Shown here piece after piece: positions 26,060 to 40,327 of a DNA stretch of 64,000 bases. Position numbers and translations under genes: made by a program. The notes under the pieces are model-generated. The model searched no databases, was not told where the DNA came from, and worked only from the letters and a program-made list of their open reading frames with translations. Position 1 is the first letter of the stretch, and the number at the start of each line of letters is the position of its first letter. The stretch covers positions 25,377,040 to 25,441,039 of the forward strand of contig JAUZTB010000057.1 in assembly GCA_034780895.1 (NCBI GenBank), in the 5' to 3' direction. The DNA is from Rhynchobatus australiae. Taxonomy: Eukaryota.

Positions 26060-27690
26060 AAGACGGTAGGAAGGTTATGCCATAACATAATAAACCACTA
26101 GTTAGGCCACAGCAGAGTAAGGATATGATTATACTGGAAATGGAACAGAGGGAATTTACAAGAATGTTCCCAAGATTAGAACACTTCATTTCTTGATCCC
26201 TCGCATTGTAGATATGTCTGGACTGGAGTTGAAGCTAAGGAAGCTGAGAGGAAAATGAGATAACACAAGAAAATAGGAGGAGGCCAGTCAGCCCCTCAAG
26301 CCTGCCCCACCATTCAATACGATCATGGCTGATCTCTGCTGGCCTCTTCAGTACTGGTTCTCCATAACCCTCCATTCCTCCATCTTTCTATCTATCTCCA
26401 CCTTAAGAACATCTAGTGATCTGACCACCCCCATCCTCTGGGGCAGAGAATTCCACAGATTCACTGCCCACTGAGAGAAGAAATTTTTTACACAAGAGCT
26501 TTAGTTAAGGTGTTTGAAATAACAAGCGGCCTAGATAGAGTGAATAGGAGGTTCCTGTCGAAGAGAGCAATAACCAGTGGGAACTGATTTAAGTTAATAG
26601 ACGGAAGATTCAGGAGAAGCTGAGTAAAAATGTTTCACCGAGAGTTGTGATGAGACTCTGGCACTCAAGTGATCGAAAGAACAGTGGAAGCACCTGATTG
26701 TCTCTTCAATCAATGCAACCTCTGGCCCTCAATAGCCTCTCCACTTGTTCCTGGCCCAATATGCTCATTGACCGATCCTGTATGGACCCCTATTCAAATC
26801 TCCCCTCCTCACTCAGCCCTAATGTTCTGCCTCCCCTGATTGTGTTGATCAGGTTTATTGTTCAGAAGAGAAATAAAGGACTGTAGATGCTGGAATCTAG
26901 ATGAAAAACATGATGATACTGGAGGAACTCAGCAGGCCAGGCAGCATCCATGGAGAAAAGCAGGCNNNNNNNNNNNNNNNNNNNNNNNNNNNNNNNNNNN
27001 NNNNNNNNNNNNNNNNNNNNNNNNNNNNNNNNNNNNNNNNNNNNNNNNNNNNNNNNNNNNNNNNNNNNNNNNNNNNNNNNNNNNNNNNNNNNNNNNNNNN
27101 NNNNNNNNNNNNNNNNNNNNNNNNNNNNNNNNNNNNNNNNNNNNNNNNNNNNNNNNNNNNNNNNNNNNNNNNNNNNNNNNNNNNNNNNNNNNNNNNNNNN
27201 NNNNNNNNNNNNNNNNNNNNNNNNNNNNNNNNNNNNNNNNNNNNNNNNNNNNNNNNNNNNNNNNNNNNNNNNNNNNNNNNNNNNNNNNNNNNNNNNNNNN
27301 NNNNNNNNNNNNNNNNNNNNNNNNNNNNNNNNNNNNNNNNNNNNNNNNNNNNNNNNNNNNNNNNNNNNNNNNNNNNNNNNNNNNNNNNNNNNNNNNNNNN
27401 NNNNNNNAAGGGTCCTGACCCGAAACGTTGACCGCCTGCTTTTCTCCACGGGTGCTGCCTGGCCTGCTGAGTTCCTCCAGCATCATAGTGTTTTTTATTG
27501 ATCGGAGTTTAGTAAGATTATCTGCACTTGAAAAGTACTTGATTAAGCACATTAAGCACTGTACACCACAAGGCAAAGGACCAAGAACTGGAAAGTGGGA
27601 CTCAGCTGGAGAGACATTTCTTGTCTGGCAAAGATATGATGGGCTGAAGAGTGTCTCCATTTCATAAGTTTCCATGATCCTGTAATACAC
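26060..27690 (+). mobile_element. Old CR1 3' region broken by several nested insertions
   Basis: YNKPLVRPQ.E...EFTRMFPRL at 26085-26190; resumes at 26500-26692 and 27525-27680; an inverted CR1 tail lies at 26270-26495. Confidence 0.6.
26861..27493. mobile_element. Fold-back Penelope-derived element (centre in gap)
   Basis: Arms CTGGAGGAACTCAGCAGGCCAGGCAGCA / TGCTGCCTGGCCTGCTGAGTTCCTCCAG; GGGTCCTGACCCGAAACGTT; TSD TTTATTG at 26854-26860 and 27494-27500. Confidence 0.8.
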
Positions 27691-28766
27691 GCTGAAAATG
27701 GCAGAGCACTTTCAGGAAAAAAAGGGAAGAAGGATTGCTCGGAGTATTCTCCACTGAGCCTTTGACATGCAAACCATAGCTGCAGATTTGCACCTAGCTG
27801 CTTTACTGTGCCCCTGGCAGAGGACACTCAATCTCTGGGTGCTCTGGGCGAGAGGGAAGGAATGCCAAAAATTCTGAAAAAATAATAACCGGAAAAAAAA
27901 ACAAACAACAGTAAATAAATTTATGTCAAACTAAAGCAGATGAACAATCTATTACAAGCATCAGGAACAGCCACACACATTAATAAACAAAATGACAAAA
28001 TAAATTATAATATTTCTGGTGGATACCCAAGAAGACATTTCAAATATAAAATTGGAATATGCAATGTCGCCTTATCTAATTATGCAGACACCTTCTTATT
28101 TATCTGGGGGCTGGTTACTCATCTGTTACAGCACTGAATGAACTGTACACAACAAATCTGGAGTTGATAATGTACTATGTATCCCACTCCTCATCCCATT
28201 CCGTTGCTTAGAGAAATCAGATTGTAAATAAAACAGAATAAATAAATAAGATCCCTCCATGCATGCATACTTTTCCGATTAGTATTATGAATCATTTTTG
28301 CTGAGTGTAATTGCATTAAAACGAATGCTGCTTCTGCATGACAATCTCCATTGAAAGGTCAAGTGATCCTTAGACAAAAATAACTAAATTATTAATCGAT
28401 TTAAAAAAACCTTTTGACGCCTTTAGGTCAAACTTCTTTTGCATATCAAGCAGACAATCTTGCTAAACTCCAATCAATAAACGTCATTGACACAATCCAG
28501 GGAAAAAGAATATCAGGGCTAAGTGGAGAGGAGAAAATTGAATAGGGGTCTATACAGGATTGGTCAATGAGCAGACTGGGCCAGGAACAAGTGGAGTGGC
28601 TTTTGGGGGCCAGAGGCTGGGCTGGATGGAGAGCCAATCAGGTAACCTGAGAACAGTCGGCCAACAACGGTCTCAGTTGGGTGCTGGGGGCATAGAAAAG
28701 AAATGAGAGCAAACCCTAAGAAAATTATTTAAAGGAGAATCTAATTGGAAGATAGTGGATGTCTTG

Positions 28767-28814
28767 GACCAACCAGCAGTGAACAGGTAAGACCAACCAG
28801 CAGTGAACAGGTAA
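28767..28814. repeat. Perfect 24-bp tandem duplication
   Basis: GACCAACCAGCAGTGAACAGGTAA x2. Confidence 0.9.
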
Positions 28815-29114
28815 GATCAGTCTCCTACTGATGAACACTGAGGCTCAACACTCCGCTTAAGGCGGTCTTCCATCTTGTGTGCACAAGTCCCGCACACGTT
28901 CTGTGGCCAGGTGAGTATGCATGTCATATACATGGTGCACAACAATAATTTCTGGTTCAGTGTTATAATAGTGGAACAAGTGTTTCGTGAAGTGTGCTAT
29001 TATACAAAAAATAATTGTTTTGTTTCACATAACAAACACAGCAAATGTGCCTTGAAGATTTTTCATGTCTATTTAAATACTGGAACAAGTAGTGAGTGCC
29101 TCCTTTAAATTCCG

Positions 29115-29262
29115 TTCAATAGGCAGCACCTGAAACAATGCAGCATTCCATCAGTACTGCAGTCGATTGACAGCCTGGATTACATGCTCACACATCAGAC
29201 TGAGCATTACTACAACTTTCTCACTTGGAGTGAGGAATGTGACGAACTGAGCTAAGCTGATA
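29115..29262 (-). mobile_element. DeuSINE/LF-SINE-like 5' fragment
   Basis: GGCAGCACC...TGCAGCATTCCATCAGTACTGCA...CAGCCTGGATTA; reverse of the motif in 59535-59950. Confidence 0.5.
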
Positions 29263-29922
29263 CTTTTAAAACAGTTATTTTCAATACCGAACACATGGGA
29301 GAGTTTATGCCTTTTGTACGGGAGCCAGAAGCTGTCAGAATCTTTTTTACGGTGCTGTTTGGGAATATTAGAGAAGGAATACGGACCATTAGGCCCAATC
29401 TTTCATGTTATTGGTCATGGCAGCTTATTATTTTCTGAATCAAATTTGCCTGCACTTTCTCCACATACGTATATTTTAACACACTTCCCTTTCCGAGACC
29501 ATGTTACTTTGCATTTATACAGGACGAAATTCCTTCAGGCCTACTTTGCGGTTGAAATGGGATACACGCAAAAGGGCATTTTTTTGTGCCCCTCATTAGC
29601 TAGTTTAATTTTAAGCAGCTCAATACCAAATAGACCCAGTGGAAGCTGGAGCAACAGTGGGGGAAAGGAGGCAGTTTGGTACTGTGGAACTGGGAGAACC
29701 TCCTGGCTCCACAGAAATAAATGCTGTGATGTTCTTAAGCTGTGTAAGCAGCATCTGCTCTTTGTAGCAACTGCTGCTTCAACAGTAATGATGCTGAAGG
29801 ATCCATTCATTACAAAGTTCAGTTGGATTGTACTGTATTGATCTAGATCAATAGAGAATAGTTCACAGCATCTGCTTTTCATGCAACATGATTCAGTTGT
29901 ACCAGTGTAATTCAAAACTTAC

Positions 29923-30030
29923 CAAACAAAGCAAGCAGAGACTGGAGAGCAAAGTGCATGGTCTTTCTGTTTGCCTGCTTCCCGGTTTTCAGCACCACTT
30001 CCTCTTGGCCCACCTCACACAGATCAAAGC
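29923..30030 (-). CDS. TTC28: TTC28 exon, 108 nt (G)FDLCEVGQEEVVLKTGKQANRKTMHFALQSLLALF(D)
   Basis: Not in the ORF track; read by hand: acceptor CCAG|GC, donor TTTG|GTAAGT; phase 1 to 1. Confidence 0.92.
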
Positions 30031-33000
30031 CTGGACAAGAGTTTGCATAAAGAAATGTTAGCCTGAGACAGGTACACATTTGGCATCACTTTCCATCCCC
30101 CCTTGTTCCACAGCATAATTTATCCAACAATGCAGATGATCATCCTGACAATGATGCTTGTGATCACATTACAACGAACTGCAACTTCTAAGAATGATTT
30201 CATTCTGTGCCTCACCATGTGATGCAGCATATTTACACTGACTAAATGCAACCCATTCGGAAACAAAGTTCTCAAAACCTACGAATCTCCAGACCTTTCG
30301 TCAATGAGGACTGGNNNNNNNNNNCAAGGACAAACCAGTGTACTTTTGTTCTTGGCTCTTTTTTTCCATTTCTGTGCAGAGAACTTTCCCACAGGACTGT
30401 TATAGATCGATGGATTAAAAGGAGATAATTCAGAGTTATTCACGCTTCTCCTCTATCAACACGTATCTTGCTGAAATATTAATTTATTTTGTATGAAAGA
30501 GAAATGAGCACTAACTTGAGCTTATAACTTCAGTGTGGTATTCTTGTAAATATCCCTGTGATGTCAGTAACTTTTGAAACAGTACCTCTTTTGTGAAAGT
30601 TACAGTTGCTTACTATTTGAGTAAAGTTGGAGCACTAGCATGGCAAATGGGTGTGAGGAAAGAGGAGACAAAACTTTGTTCAGCTTCAAGATTCCTTTAG
30701 ATTGAAATTTGCCTGCTATATTTGCATTGCACTGGTTAATAATCTCATGTGAAATTTAGCTGCTTGGTACTTGTGCCAATAACCATTAAAATAAGGAGAA
30801 GAATTTTATGAAAATACATTAATCAACGCCTGCCAAGGATCACTGCTGATTTTCAAAACATCATCATGATTTACATACACATCAATGTTCTCACTAAGAA
30901 GGGGGTGATAGCGAGGAAATTGGAAGCTTTGTATGTATGCTGATTAAAATACAATGGATTAAGGGGTACTTTAGGGTTTAAATGGACTAGACAGGCAAGG
31001 CTAATTGGATGGGGTGTCTGATGTAGGCATGAAATTAATTCATAAAAAAGCACAAGATATGTTGAAAGACGAACAGTCACTGCTGGTGGGGATTAGGTTG
31101 CAATTGGGCATAGAAACAGCACATTGGAAAGTCACACAGAAGAAAATCATGTAAAGTTGTTAAGGGCTGGAATTCCAAGCCGCAAGTTCCAGCTTACTTT
31201 AACTGCTATTGCCACCAGAATAGTTATACTGCAATATCATCAGCATGAAGACTTTTCTTAAGCATTATGACAAGTGATATCTTGAAGAATATTCAATACT
31301 CTCCCTCATCCTGAAGAAAAAAATACTTCACTCTCTGGAAGATCGCCCAACGTAACACTGGAATTTCTGGGTTTTTTTACTCTGGCGATTCCACCAATCT
31401 CCTGCTAAAGTTACGGTCAGAGATTTTGAGAAAAGTAGTTGAAGTTCAAGCCCAGAAAGTTCTGGAGCTGCAGATATGACCTCACCAAGCTACTGTTTTG
31501 ACACTTCTCCCAATTTAGACTCCAATCTCTAGATACTCAAGAACACCACAAGTTCAATTGACTTTGCAGTCACTGTCATCTCAGGTCATCATAGGGTGGT
31601 TCATTAGATTTGGTCAATATTCAGTTTTAGTGTCGTGGTCATGATGCAACTGAACGTCCTGCTCAGCATTTCAGAGAGAAGTTAAGAATCAACCATATTG
31701 CTGTGGGTTAGGGTCACAAAGCTGGCAAGGACAGCAAATTTCCTCCCTTGAAGCACATTAGTGAACCAGATGGGTTCCTATGAGAATCTGACAGTTTCAC
31801 TGTCTCCATTAATAATACGAGTTGTTTTTCACCCAATTTAAACTGTCTGATTCAGCAGCTTTCCTAAATTTAATCCACAGCTCTATTGACCTTCAGTGAA
31901 AAACTTCTACTTGACTTCTCTTCAATCTTTTGATTACTTCTTTTAAAATGAAACCTTTATCCCCAGTTCTGTACCATCATTAAAAATAAATGCCATTATC
32001 ATTCACTCCCCCACCTAATTTTCGTAATTGTATGCCTGAATCACACTAAAAAAAATGAGCATAACTTCATTGGTGCTGGTCACAGAAAAAGATGATGACA
32101 TACGGTCTCATATTGCTGGCATCATTGTACTACTTAAGTGCTCAATTCATTATCCTACAGAACCATGTTTAAATTGGTGTTTCCTTATTAAGACAGAGTC
32201 CAATTACCAACATTGAGTGGTCAGTGTGAATCTTTGTGTTTGGATTGTTAAATTTTTGTCTGAATATAGTCATTTTTTGCATGAATGTTTTTTTTTCTTA
32301 TCAGATCTTGTTACATTAACGATGGGAACTGAAGCAACTGCTGAACTGGGCTCCGGCCCATCAGCAGAGCAGCTGAATGTCAGCATGCTTAATGATGCAC
32401 CATTGTGATTTCAGCCATTCCTCAATCCTACCATAGGATAGTCCCACTGGATATTCTCACACTCTCCAACAGTGAACTTGCTAACTTATTAGTGTTACAC
32501 TCAGTGCTATCCAATCTCATTTTAATATGACATCTACCTACAGATTTCTGAGCTAGATTTGAGCACAAATCCCAGAAGTGAATGACCCTTGTGTAATCCG
32601 CTGCATTTCCCTTACCCTCTCAGTCTTCCACCTAACCTTTTGTCCATTGTTAATATTTCCTTCAAATTGCTAAACAGTTGTTAAAGGTTAAACAAATGTT
32701 AAATGTTGAGGAGAATTTTTAAAAGGTTTTTTTTGCAGAACCATTCGTGGTACTTCTGGATCTGCCCAACAGTTAAACAGATGCAGTCAAATTTATATTT
32801 ATCTTGACTATCATTTATTCCAGATAAATCAGGAAAGTTATGATTGGCTGTGTTAGGTAGGAAATCTCCAAAAATAGCTTAAAGTTATCCCATTGCAGAA
32901 ACTTCTCAAAATTCTTTGCACTGAATCTTGTTTAACTTTGACTCAGAACCTTATATTTATTCTCTGGCCATTTGGAAGTGGTTTAAACTGATGGATTGAT

Positions 33001-35350
33001 TACTGACCACAATTCAGAGAGAGGAGGAATCAGGTTCCCTAAGATCAATGCCCAATTGAAATTAAAAGTAAAATCTAAAGGAATGGGCTGAAAATCATAA
33101 ACACACCATTAATGATGTTGGAGAAATATGGTGAGAAAAATTAAACCACCAAACTAATACACTGATAAAGCTTTGCTTCTTTCATGTATTTTCTTACTCT
33201 CTCGGGTGCTGTCAAAAGGACATACAGTGTTACGGTGATACAGTCAAAATCAAACTCAAGGAAGTATCGTGGCAGATGTAAATCTGTAACCCTTGTCAAG
33301 AGTTGGTGTCTCCAGGGGTAGCAAAGGTGAGAGGAGAGGAAAGGACAATTGAGGAGGGCATATAGGTGCTTGGCTCTCAGATCCTTTAAACAGTGTTAAA
33401 ATTAACAATCCATTACTTGCAACAGCAGTATGACTCTCTCACATAAGGCATGGAATGATCAATCAATTTACATTAATTTAATTGTTCTTACTTCAAGTAA
33501 ATAAAGCCAAGGTTCCAAAATGAGGTCTATTACCTGTCATCACAATGAAACTAGAAATTTGTAATATTGTTTCCCTCAAAGCAGCAATCTTTCATTCATT
33601 TATTACTGTCACAAACTAAACCAGTGCTCAAGCCAATAGGAGAAATGTATCATTTGCTACTAATTTAGATTCAGGAGCCCACCCTTAGAAATCTGACGAC
33701 TAACCAGCCTTTGCTTGTGCCGCTGATAAGACAAAAGCATGTCAGTGAAGAAAAGTGAAGGATGACAAAACTAATTCCCTGTCCTGTCAGGAGTGATATG
33801 GGATCTGATAAGTTTATTTAGAAAGGGTCTATTCAAATAACTTTCTTGAGAATTTGGATTTTCTGCAGACTGATATTTTGATACAGTGCATTTGAAAGCA
33901 TAGCAAATTAAACAGAATAAATGCATCACTCCCAGGAAGGTAACTGCACAGAAGATAATTTTTTCAAAGTCATTTTAACAAAATGGTTCTAATGATTAAG
34001 AGCAGAGAAGTAATCAACCAGGCCCGACTCCTAGTCACTCACACATTTAAAAGGTAATTTTAAAATAGTGGAAGACTTTTCAACTTTCTACATCTTCCTC
34101 TGAATTAAAGAGGCAGTGAGTGTCATTTTGATGTCTATTTAAAGCAAATAATTACAATTTTCTTGTTAAAAAGACATTCTTAAAATATTCTGTTTTAAAC
34201 CTCAGACTTCTGACATGATTTGATGATTAGAGCAAGCCATGTTGTCACTTCAAGAATGAAAATGTTTTTATAAGTTACACAAGGTGGTTAAATTAATGCA
34301 TTTCTATGTATCTACATTCTCATTTTCCCCCCATGGTCCCAATAATAAGGAGGCACAAAGTATTGTTGGAACATTATATCATGGTATACATCATTGCCAA
34401 ACCAATTATGTCAGTAGTCGTGATATTGGGAAATGATTTTCCCTTGCGGTAGGGATAAGCACAAAGGCCAACAGTAAAATCCAACTACTGGCCTGTTTGG
34501 TATCAGCTAACAGGCAGGAAGTTAATCCTGGAACCTAAATGATCTTTGTAATACAATATCATATTAGAACAGTTAATTTACCAATTCAGTTAGTGAAGAT
34601 GTTTAGTAAATAGACTGCAACATTTATTGATGACCTCAACAAAAGTTTACCACCAAGATCTAGCAAGTAACAAGTAAAGATTTATAATTTGTAGCTATAA
34701 ATCAAAAAGATTGGGGCATGCACATCTTTAAAATTAGAAGCTCAGCATCATAAATTTTAAACAATGAAAAAGTATTTATTCTAAAACTTCATGGAGTTTT
34801 CAATATGAAATGGTGAGAATGACATGCCACACATGTCACTAGCTTCATGGCGATGGAGAGGTCATTCAGCAGTGGTTCTTACCAATACCCAATATAAAGC
34901 TCATTTGCAATTGATTAAACAAACACTTTGGGGTTACTACAATGAAAATAGTGCATAAAACATTGAAGTTAGGGTTGTATTACAGATTGCATTGTTCTTG
35001 CAAGGCTGCAGATGTGGCACCTGTGGAGGAGAAGGGCATCACTGACTGTAGTTTCTGGATTTCCAGGTTTAACTACCAGAAGTTACTACAAATTCTGCTG
35101 CGTGCTGACAGTGAGAATTGAGTTTTACAATCATCGCACCTGCAAATTCCAGGCTTATTACTTCAACATTAGGCTTCAAAAGTATCGAATTTAGGCTGGA
35201 AGATGGGAAAGGAAATGGCTTCAGGAAGCCACAGAGGCTTCATAATGCAAGAAATCAGGGGAAGAATCTGAGAATGATTGGAAACGGAGGGAATAAAGAG
35301 AGCAAATCTCCAATCAATTGCTAAAAATCAAATATTCATTCACATCATAC

Positions 35351-35480
35351 CTAATGCAGCCAGGAACTCATGACATCCAGGCAGTCGCCAGAGCTGTACA
35401 CTTATGGACAGTTGAATAGGTGCTGAAGAAAAATCTTGTTCTTTCTCCCCAGTCTGAAGTTGAACAAGGACTTGATGGAG
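35351..35480 (-). CDS. TTC28: TTC28 exon, 130 nt LHQVLVQLQTGEKEQ...GCHEFLAAL(G)
   Basis: Acceptor ACAG|CTC, donor TTAG|GTATGA; 43 codons + 1 nt. Confidence 0.93.
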
Positions 35481-35829
35481 CTGTGCAAAGAAAAAGTAAA
35501 ATAATCTAAAGTAAAGTATAGAAGACAAGTAAGACTGAAGTGGATTATGTGCTAAATGGTATTAGAATAATCCTGATGTTTTAGTGGATGGATCACTGAA
35601 GTATTTAGCATACTGTTTTCAAGTTGTTAAAGTAAACTGAACACATAGACATNNNNNNNNNNNNNNNNNNNNNNNNNNNNNNNNNNNNNNNNNNNNNNNN
35701 NNNNNNNNNNNNNNNNNNNNNNNNNNNNNNNNNNNNNNNNNNNNNNNNNNNNATAGACATGCAGCAATTTTAGAAATATGCTGGTGCTCAACATAATATT
35801 GAAACGTGATGTGATTACTTTAACATGGT

Positions 35830-36720
35830 CAGTTCAATGGGTCAAGGGATAGTTTTGCTGTTTGGTTTTCCAGGACCAATTGTCTGCTACTTTTTCAACC
35901 ACATCACCCTCATTGAAGTTCATGTTAACTGCATCTAAAGCTAAGGTAAAATGAATTGAGGAAGCTGTGCCCTTAACAATGCTGGATGTTACTTTTTCTT
36001 TATTTGGTGTGCAGATCCCATATTGCCCACTAGGACATATGGTCCAATTCTTAGACAAGGACTTCTTCAAAAGACAAAGCCTGTACCATTTTAATGTTCC
36101 TGATGTGGAAGGAGCTGTTTACACAAGTTGTACAGTTGATGAAATCTTTGTCAATCAGGACCAATATCTTGAGGATAAGGAACACAGAGTAATTTCCTGA
36201 TTCTAAAGTAGCTTTAGCAAAGGGATGCCCAGCTATTCTTGGCTTGATATTCAGCATCCTACTGTGCATAACTCATAGGCATCATGCGCAATAGAACAGA
36301 CCCTTCTTTTGGGATATCCTTTTGCCATGAGTGACAAGATGATGTGGAGAGTGAGAAGGAGAATGAGTAGGACTGAGGAAATGATTACAGAATGGCAAGT
36401 GTCAAATGGTTGACTGGAAACATGTCAGATAGATGTTGGGAGGGGGTTTGGGTCAGATCGTTCATTGGTGGAGAGACGAGCAGATACCGAGGGCAGAGTT
36501 TGGGTGAATCTGAGAATACGGGCAGCAAGGGGCAGGTATGTAGGTGAGGGGGCAACAGTAATGAAGTAAGGAAGGCACCTGGAGGAAGATGTGGTTTATG
36601 TCAGAAGGAGCCCTTTAATTAATGCTAAGGCAGGAGCGATGGCCGACTTCAGTGTTTTCAAAGAAATCAGAGAATTCTGCACTGTATTTTAGAAAGTGAC
36701 ATCAAACAAACACTGTGTGC
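35830..36720 (-). mobile_element. Possible decayed PIF/Harbinger transposon relic
   Basis: Fragments resembling ARIAGFP (RIAGHP), FIN..FH..N and GYPL (NYPL) in the expected order across frames; weak. Confidence 0.3.
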
Positions 36721-37114
36721 CACTTGACATCATTGTGAACGCCGAACAACTTCCATGTTCAAAACCCCTGATTTAAACAGTTAAATCATTGAGCTGTACT
36801 GGTTTCTATAAACTTGAAGGTACACTTCCTCATCTCTACTTATGTTGTTCAAAGAGTAAATAGGGACACGGAGAAAAATCAATCAGGAATTTTGCTTCTA
36901 ATTATTAGCCAGTGAATTTGCTGGATAGGGTATGAGTCAGTATCCCAAGGAATGCAAAGGGTGTTATGTAAATACTGAAGAACCACGATCATTATCATAA
37001 CCATTATAAACATTGCAGGAGAAGAGAATTTTATGAATAATAGATCTCTCAATCTGCAAAAAATACTAAAGCAGCAGAAGAATACAGTAGAGGTGAAAAT
37101 AAATAATTCCTTGG

Positions 37115-37956
37115 GCAAAAAAATCAAATTGTTGGAGGAACTCAGTGGGTTGAACAGCATCTGTGGGGGTAAAGGAATTGTGAACATTAAGGGTTGAGAC
37201 CCTGCATCAGGACTGNNNNNNNNNNNNNNNNNNNNNNNNNNNNNNNNNNNNNNNNNNNNNNNNNNNNNNNNNNNNNNNNNNNNNNNNNNNNNNNNNNNNN
37301 NNNNNNNNNNNNNNNNNNNNNNNNNNNNNNNNNNNNNNTCCTTCCAATCTACCTCCAATTTTTGTTCCCTTTCCCATACCCACCCCCTTTCACCCGTTTT
37401 TTATCCCTGTCCCTCTCCTGGTTCCATCCAGGTACTATCCACAGATTTCACCCATTGGATGCCCTTCCCCATCCGGATCCTTCTGTCCTTCATTGCTTCC
37501 TTAAATGGTTCCTATCACCACCTTTCTTAAGTATCAGATTCCAGCATCTGCAGCCTTTGTGTTCCCACTTAACATCCTCCAGCCTCTGTATCCACCTTTG
37601 CCTTCCTTTCCCACCCCCCACCTGGTTCCATCTGCCTCTTCTCTTTCCCTTGTCTGCTTCCACCTCTCACCCACCTTCTTCTGTGTTTCAACTCTACCCC
37701 ACCTGACTCCTTCTGCTCATCATCTTCTTTTACCTCTCCTCGGTCCACCTATCATCTACTGAGCCCCGTCGCACCCCTTCCCCTCCCCTAGACTGTCAAC
37801 GTTCCCTCTCCACCCTCAGTCCTGATGCAGGGTCTCAACCCGAAATGTCAACAATTCCTCCCCTCCCCCTCAACGGATGCTGCTTGACCCAATGAGTTCC
37901 TCCAGCAATTTGTTTATTGCTCTAGATTCTGTCATCTGCAGTCCTGAGTCTCTCCT
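37115..37956. mobile_element. Penelope-derived element with inverted terminal arms and pyrimidine-rich body
   Basis: CAGTCCTGATGCAGGGTCTCAACCC present in both orientations (37191-37215 and 37817-37841); TSD AATAATTC(C/T)TTGG at 37102-37114 and 37957-37969. Confidence 0.8.
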
Positions 37957-40303
37957 AATAATTCTTTGGTCTCCCTCAGAAAGACCACACCAGTAAAGCT
38001 TTGTAAGACAGGATAGATAAATAAGAAATACTTTATGGAATGATGTTCACATTTTTAAAGGTTTTAATGAGACAATATTTTGCTTTATAAAAATTAAAGG
38101 AAGATTTGGCTCTGCTGGATGTTACTCAACTCATTTACATTTTTGTGACTTGGCTGAAATTGGCAGATTGCTCATCAGAAGGAGGAACACAAAATTAATA
38201 TTATAATCCCATCTGCTCGCTCTTGTTATACAGGGGCTCCNNNNNNNNNNNNNNNNNNNNNNNNNNNNNNNNNNNNNNNNNNNNNNNNNNNNNNNNNNNN
38301 NNNNNNNNNNNNNNNNNNNNNNNNNNNNNNNNNNNNNNNNTTATACAGGGGCTCCCTCTTCTGGTAGCAACACAGACCCAAGTGCTGGCCTCTGCCCTCA
38401 GTAAACATGCACAGCTTTTCCAGAGTCCCACAAGAAAAAGAATTTAAAAAAAAAATCATTAACAAAGAGATGCAAGATACAACATGGTTTTTTTTTGTGA
38501 GTTGGTGGAGTGGGAAAACAATGAAAAAAAAGCAGAGGAGGAAGAACATTTAAATGAGAAAAGAGCAAGAAATGGGGGAAATAAGTAAGGGGTTCATAAA
38601 TGCTAGATTGATAATGAGGGCTTTTTGTGTTATTATAAGAAAGAAAAAAAACGTGAAAAGGAACTCTATCGAGTGCATGAGTGATAATAGGGTTTCAAGT
38701 GATATCAAAATTCAATCTCATGACAGGTTATTCAAATTTGTTGTGTAATGGGTTGTTTACCACGCAAGGTCACACTTCAGAATTATTGCTTCAGACTGTT
38801 TAGTTAATTAAGAGAAACTAAAAGCAATATGGGAAGAGTCAAGCAGTTGGGGATAGTCTTCAAAATCTAAATGCAAAGAATATAAAGATAGTTTTTTGAA
38901 AGACAGTGGCTTTCAGAATATAATCCTAGTATAATCCAGTTCTCCAAACCTGAATACTCCTCATTGCATCTCTGCATGGTTGTCTCACAAGCTGTAATGG
39001 CAATCCAGTTGGATTTTACCAGTTTTCCAAAATGCCCATTCAGGAAGGGCAATAAACGCTAGCAAAAGCAGCAATACATGTATCCTATGAATGACTAAAT
39101 GAAGAAGAATGATGCTGGGAGCAAGCAGCTAGCAGTTTTAATAGTCAGCATATGAACATGCCACACAGACCACAGAAAAACAAAAAAAGTCGTAAGTACA
39201 AGAAATACTCAGTTAACGTATTCGTGCGTCTGTGGTTGTTTAACTTTAGGGATGTACAGCACCTCAAGAGCTGAATTAAAAAGAACAGATTTGTATACAT
39301 AGATATTTTGAAGGCATATTCATAAACATAATTATAGAGACAATTGTGGAGAACTGGAATCTGAAATTCATTTATGCACACTTTGCAACAAGTGCCCGTT
39401 AGTTTGTGATTTACAACCTCATTTCTGTTTATTTCACTCAGTAATAAGCAGACAGTTCATAACAAAAAAAGATGGAGCTAAAAGTANNNNNNNNNNNNNN
39501 NNNNNNNNNNNNNNNNNNNNNNNNNNNNNNNNNNNNNNNNNNNNNNNNNNNNNNNNNNNNNNNNNNNNNNNNNNNNNNNNNNNNNNGTAAGAAGGCACAG
39601 AAAATGCTAAATTCACAGAATGTGTGAAGGGAAAACTAAATGGGTTAATATTTCAGATCCTGCTTTGGAACAGCCAATGAGATTATGCCTGAAATATTAA
39701 GTTCTATCCTATGCTCATGGATCTGTTTAGCTCCTGCACTTCCCAATATCAAAATGTGTTTCACTGTAGAAAAATTATGGAAGTTGGTGCTGGAAGCTGG
39801 GGGTCTTGAAATCAGTTTCATTGAGATGCTGGGACCATAGGGCATAGAACTACAGAGTGGCAATTGCTTACCACATGGATGGACTGTCAGGAAATGGGGG
39901 AGGAAAGTAGAAACTGGAAGTTGAACATTGTTTTTCCAGAGAGGAGCAAACTAAAGGAGATTTTATATATCACCAAGAAACCAGCTACATAGTCATTGTC
40001 AACAGCCACTAAATCATTTCTTCTCATTTGTGTGAATAGGAACAGAGCCTGGGTTGGAAATGCTTCAGATGATATGATGAAACTAACTAAGAACAGAGGA
40101 AAGAGTAAGTAATAAAAAGCACACATTTGTAACTAAATGGATGTTTCTACAATGCAGTTGATCAGCACAAAGAATGTGAATTTCAGTGGGAACAATGCAA
40201 AAATAAAGACAATCTGTGAAATATCTCTATGGATCAAAGAGTTAACACTGTTCACTGCAAATTCCAATGTTTTAACTACATTAATCCAGTTCGATGCACT
40301 TAC

Positions 40304-40327
40304 CATTCCAACCATATTTTTTACAGC
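40304..40327 (-). CDS. TTC28: TTC28 24-nt microexon AVKNMVGM
   Basis: Strong pyrimidine tract, GAAG|GCT GTA AAA AAT ATG GTT GGA ATG|GTAAGT; fills the peptide between ...QLINR and LHQVLVQ... as recalled for vertebrate TTC28. Confidence 0.88.

Noticed and set aside
29314-29915. 175-aa (+) and 124-aa (-) ORFs in the last intron
   Set aside because: No recognisable domain or coding-like composition; likely chance
38226-38355. TTATACAGGGGCTCC duplicated across a gap (similar cases at ~35645/35753 and ~44069/44182)
   Set aside because: Scaffolding artefact at 100-N gaps
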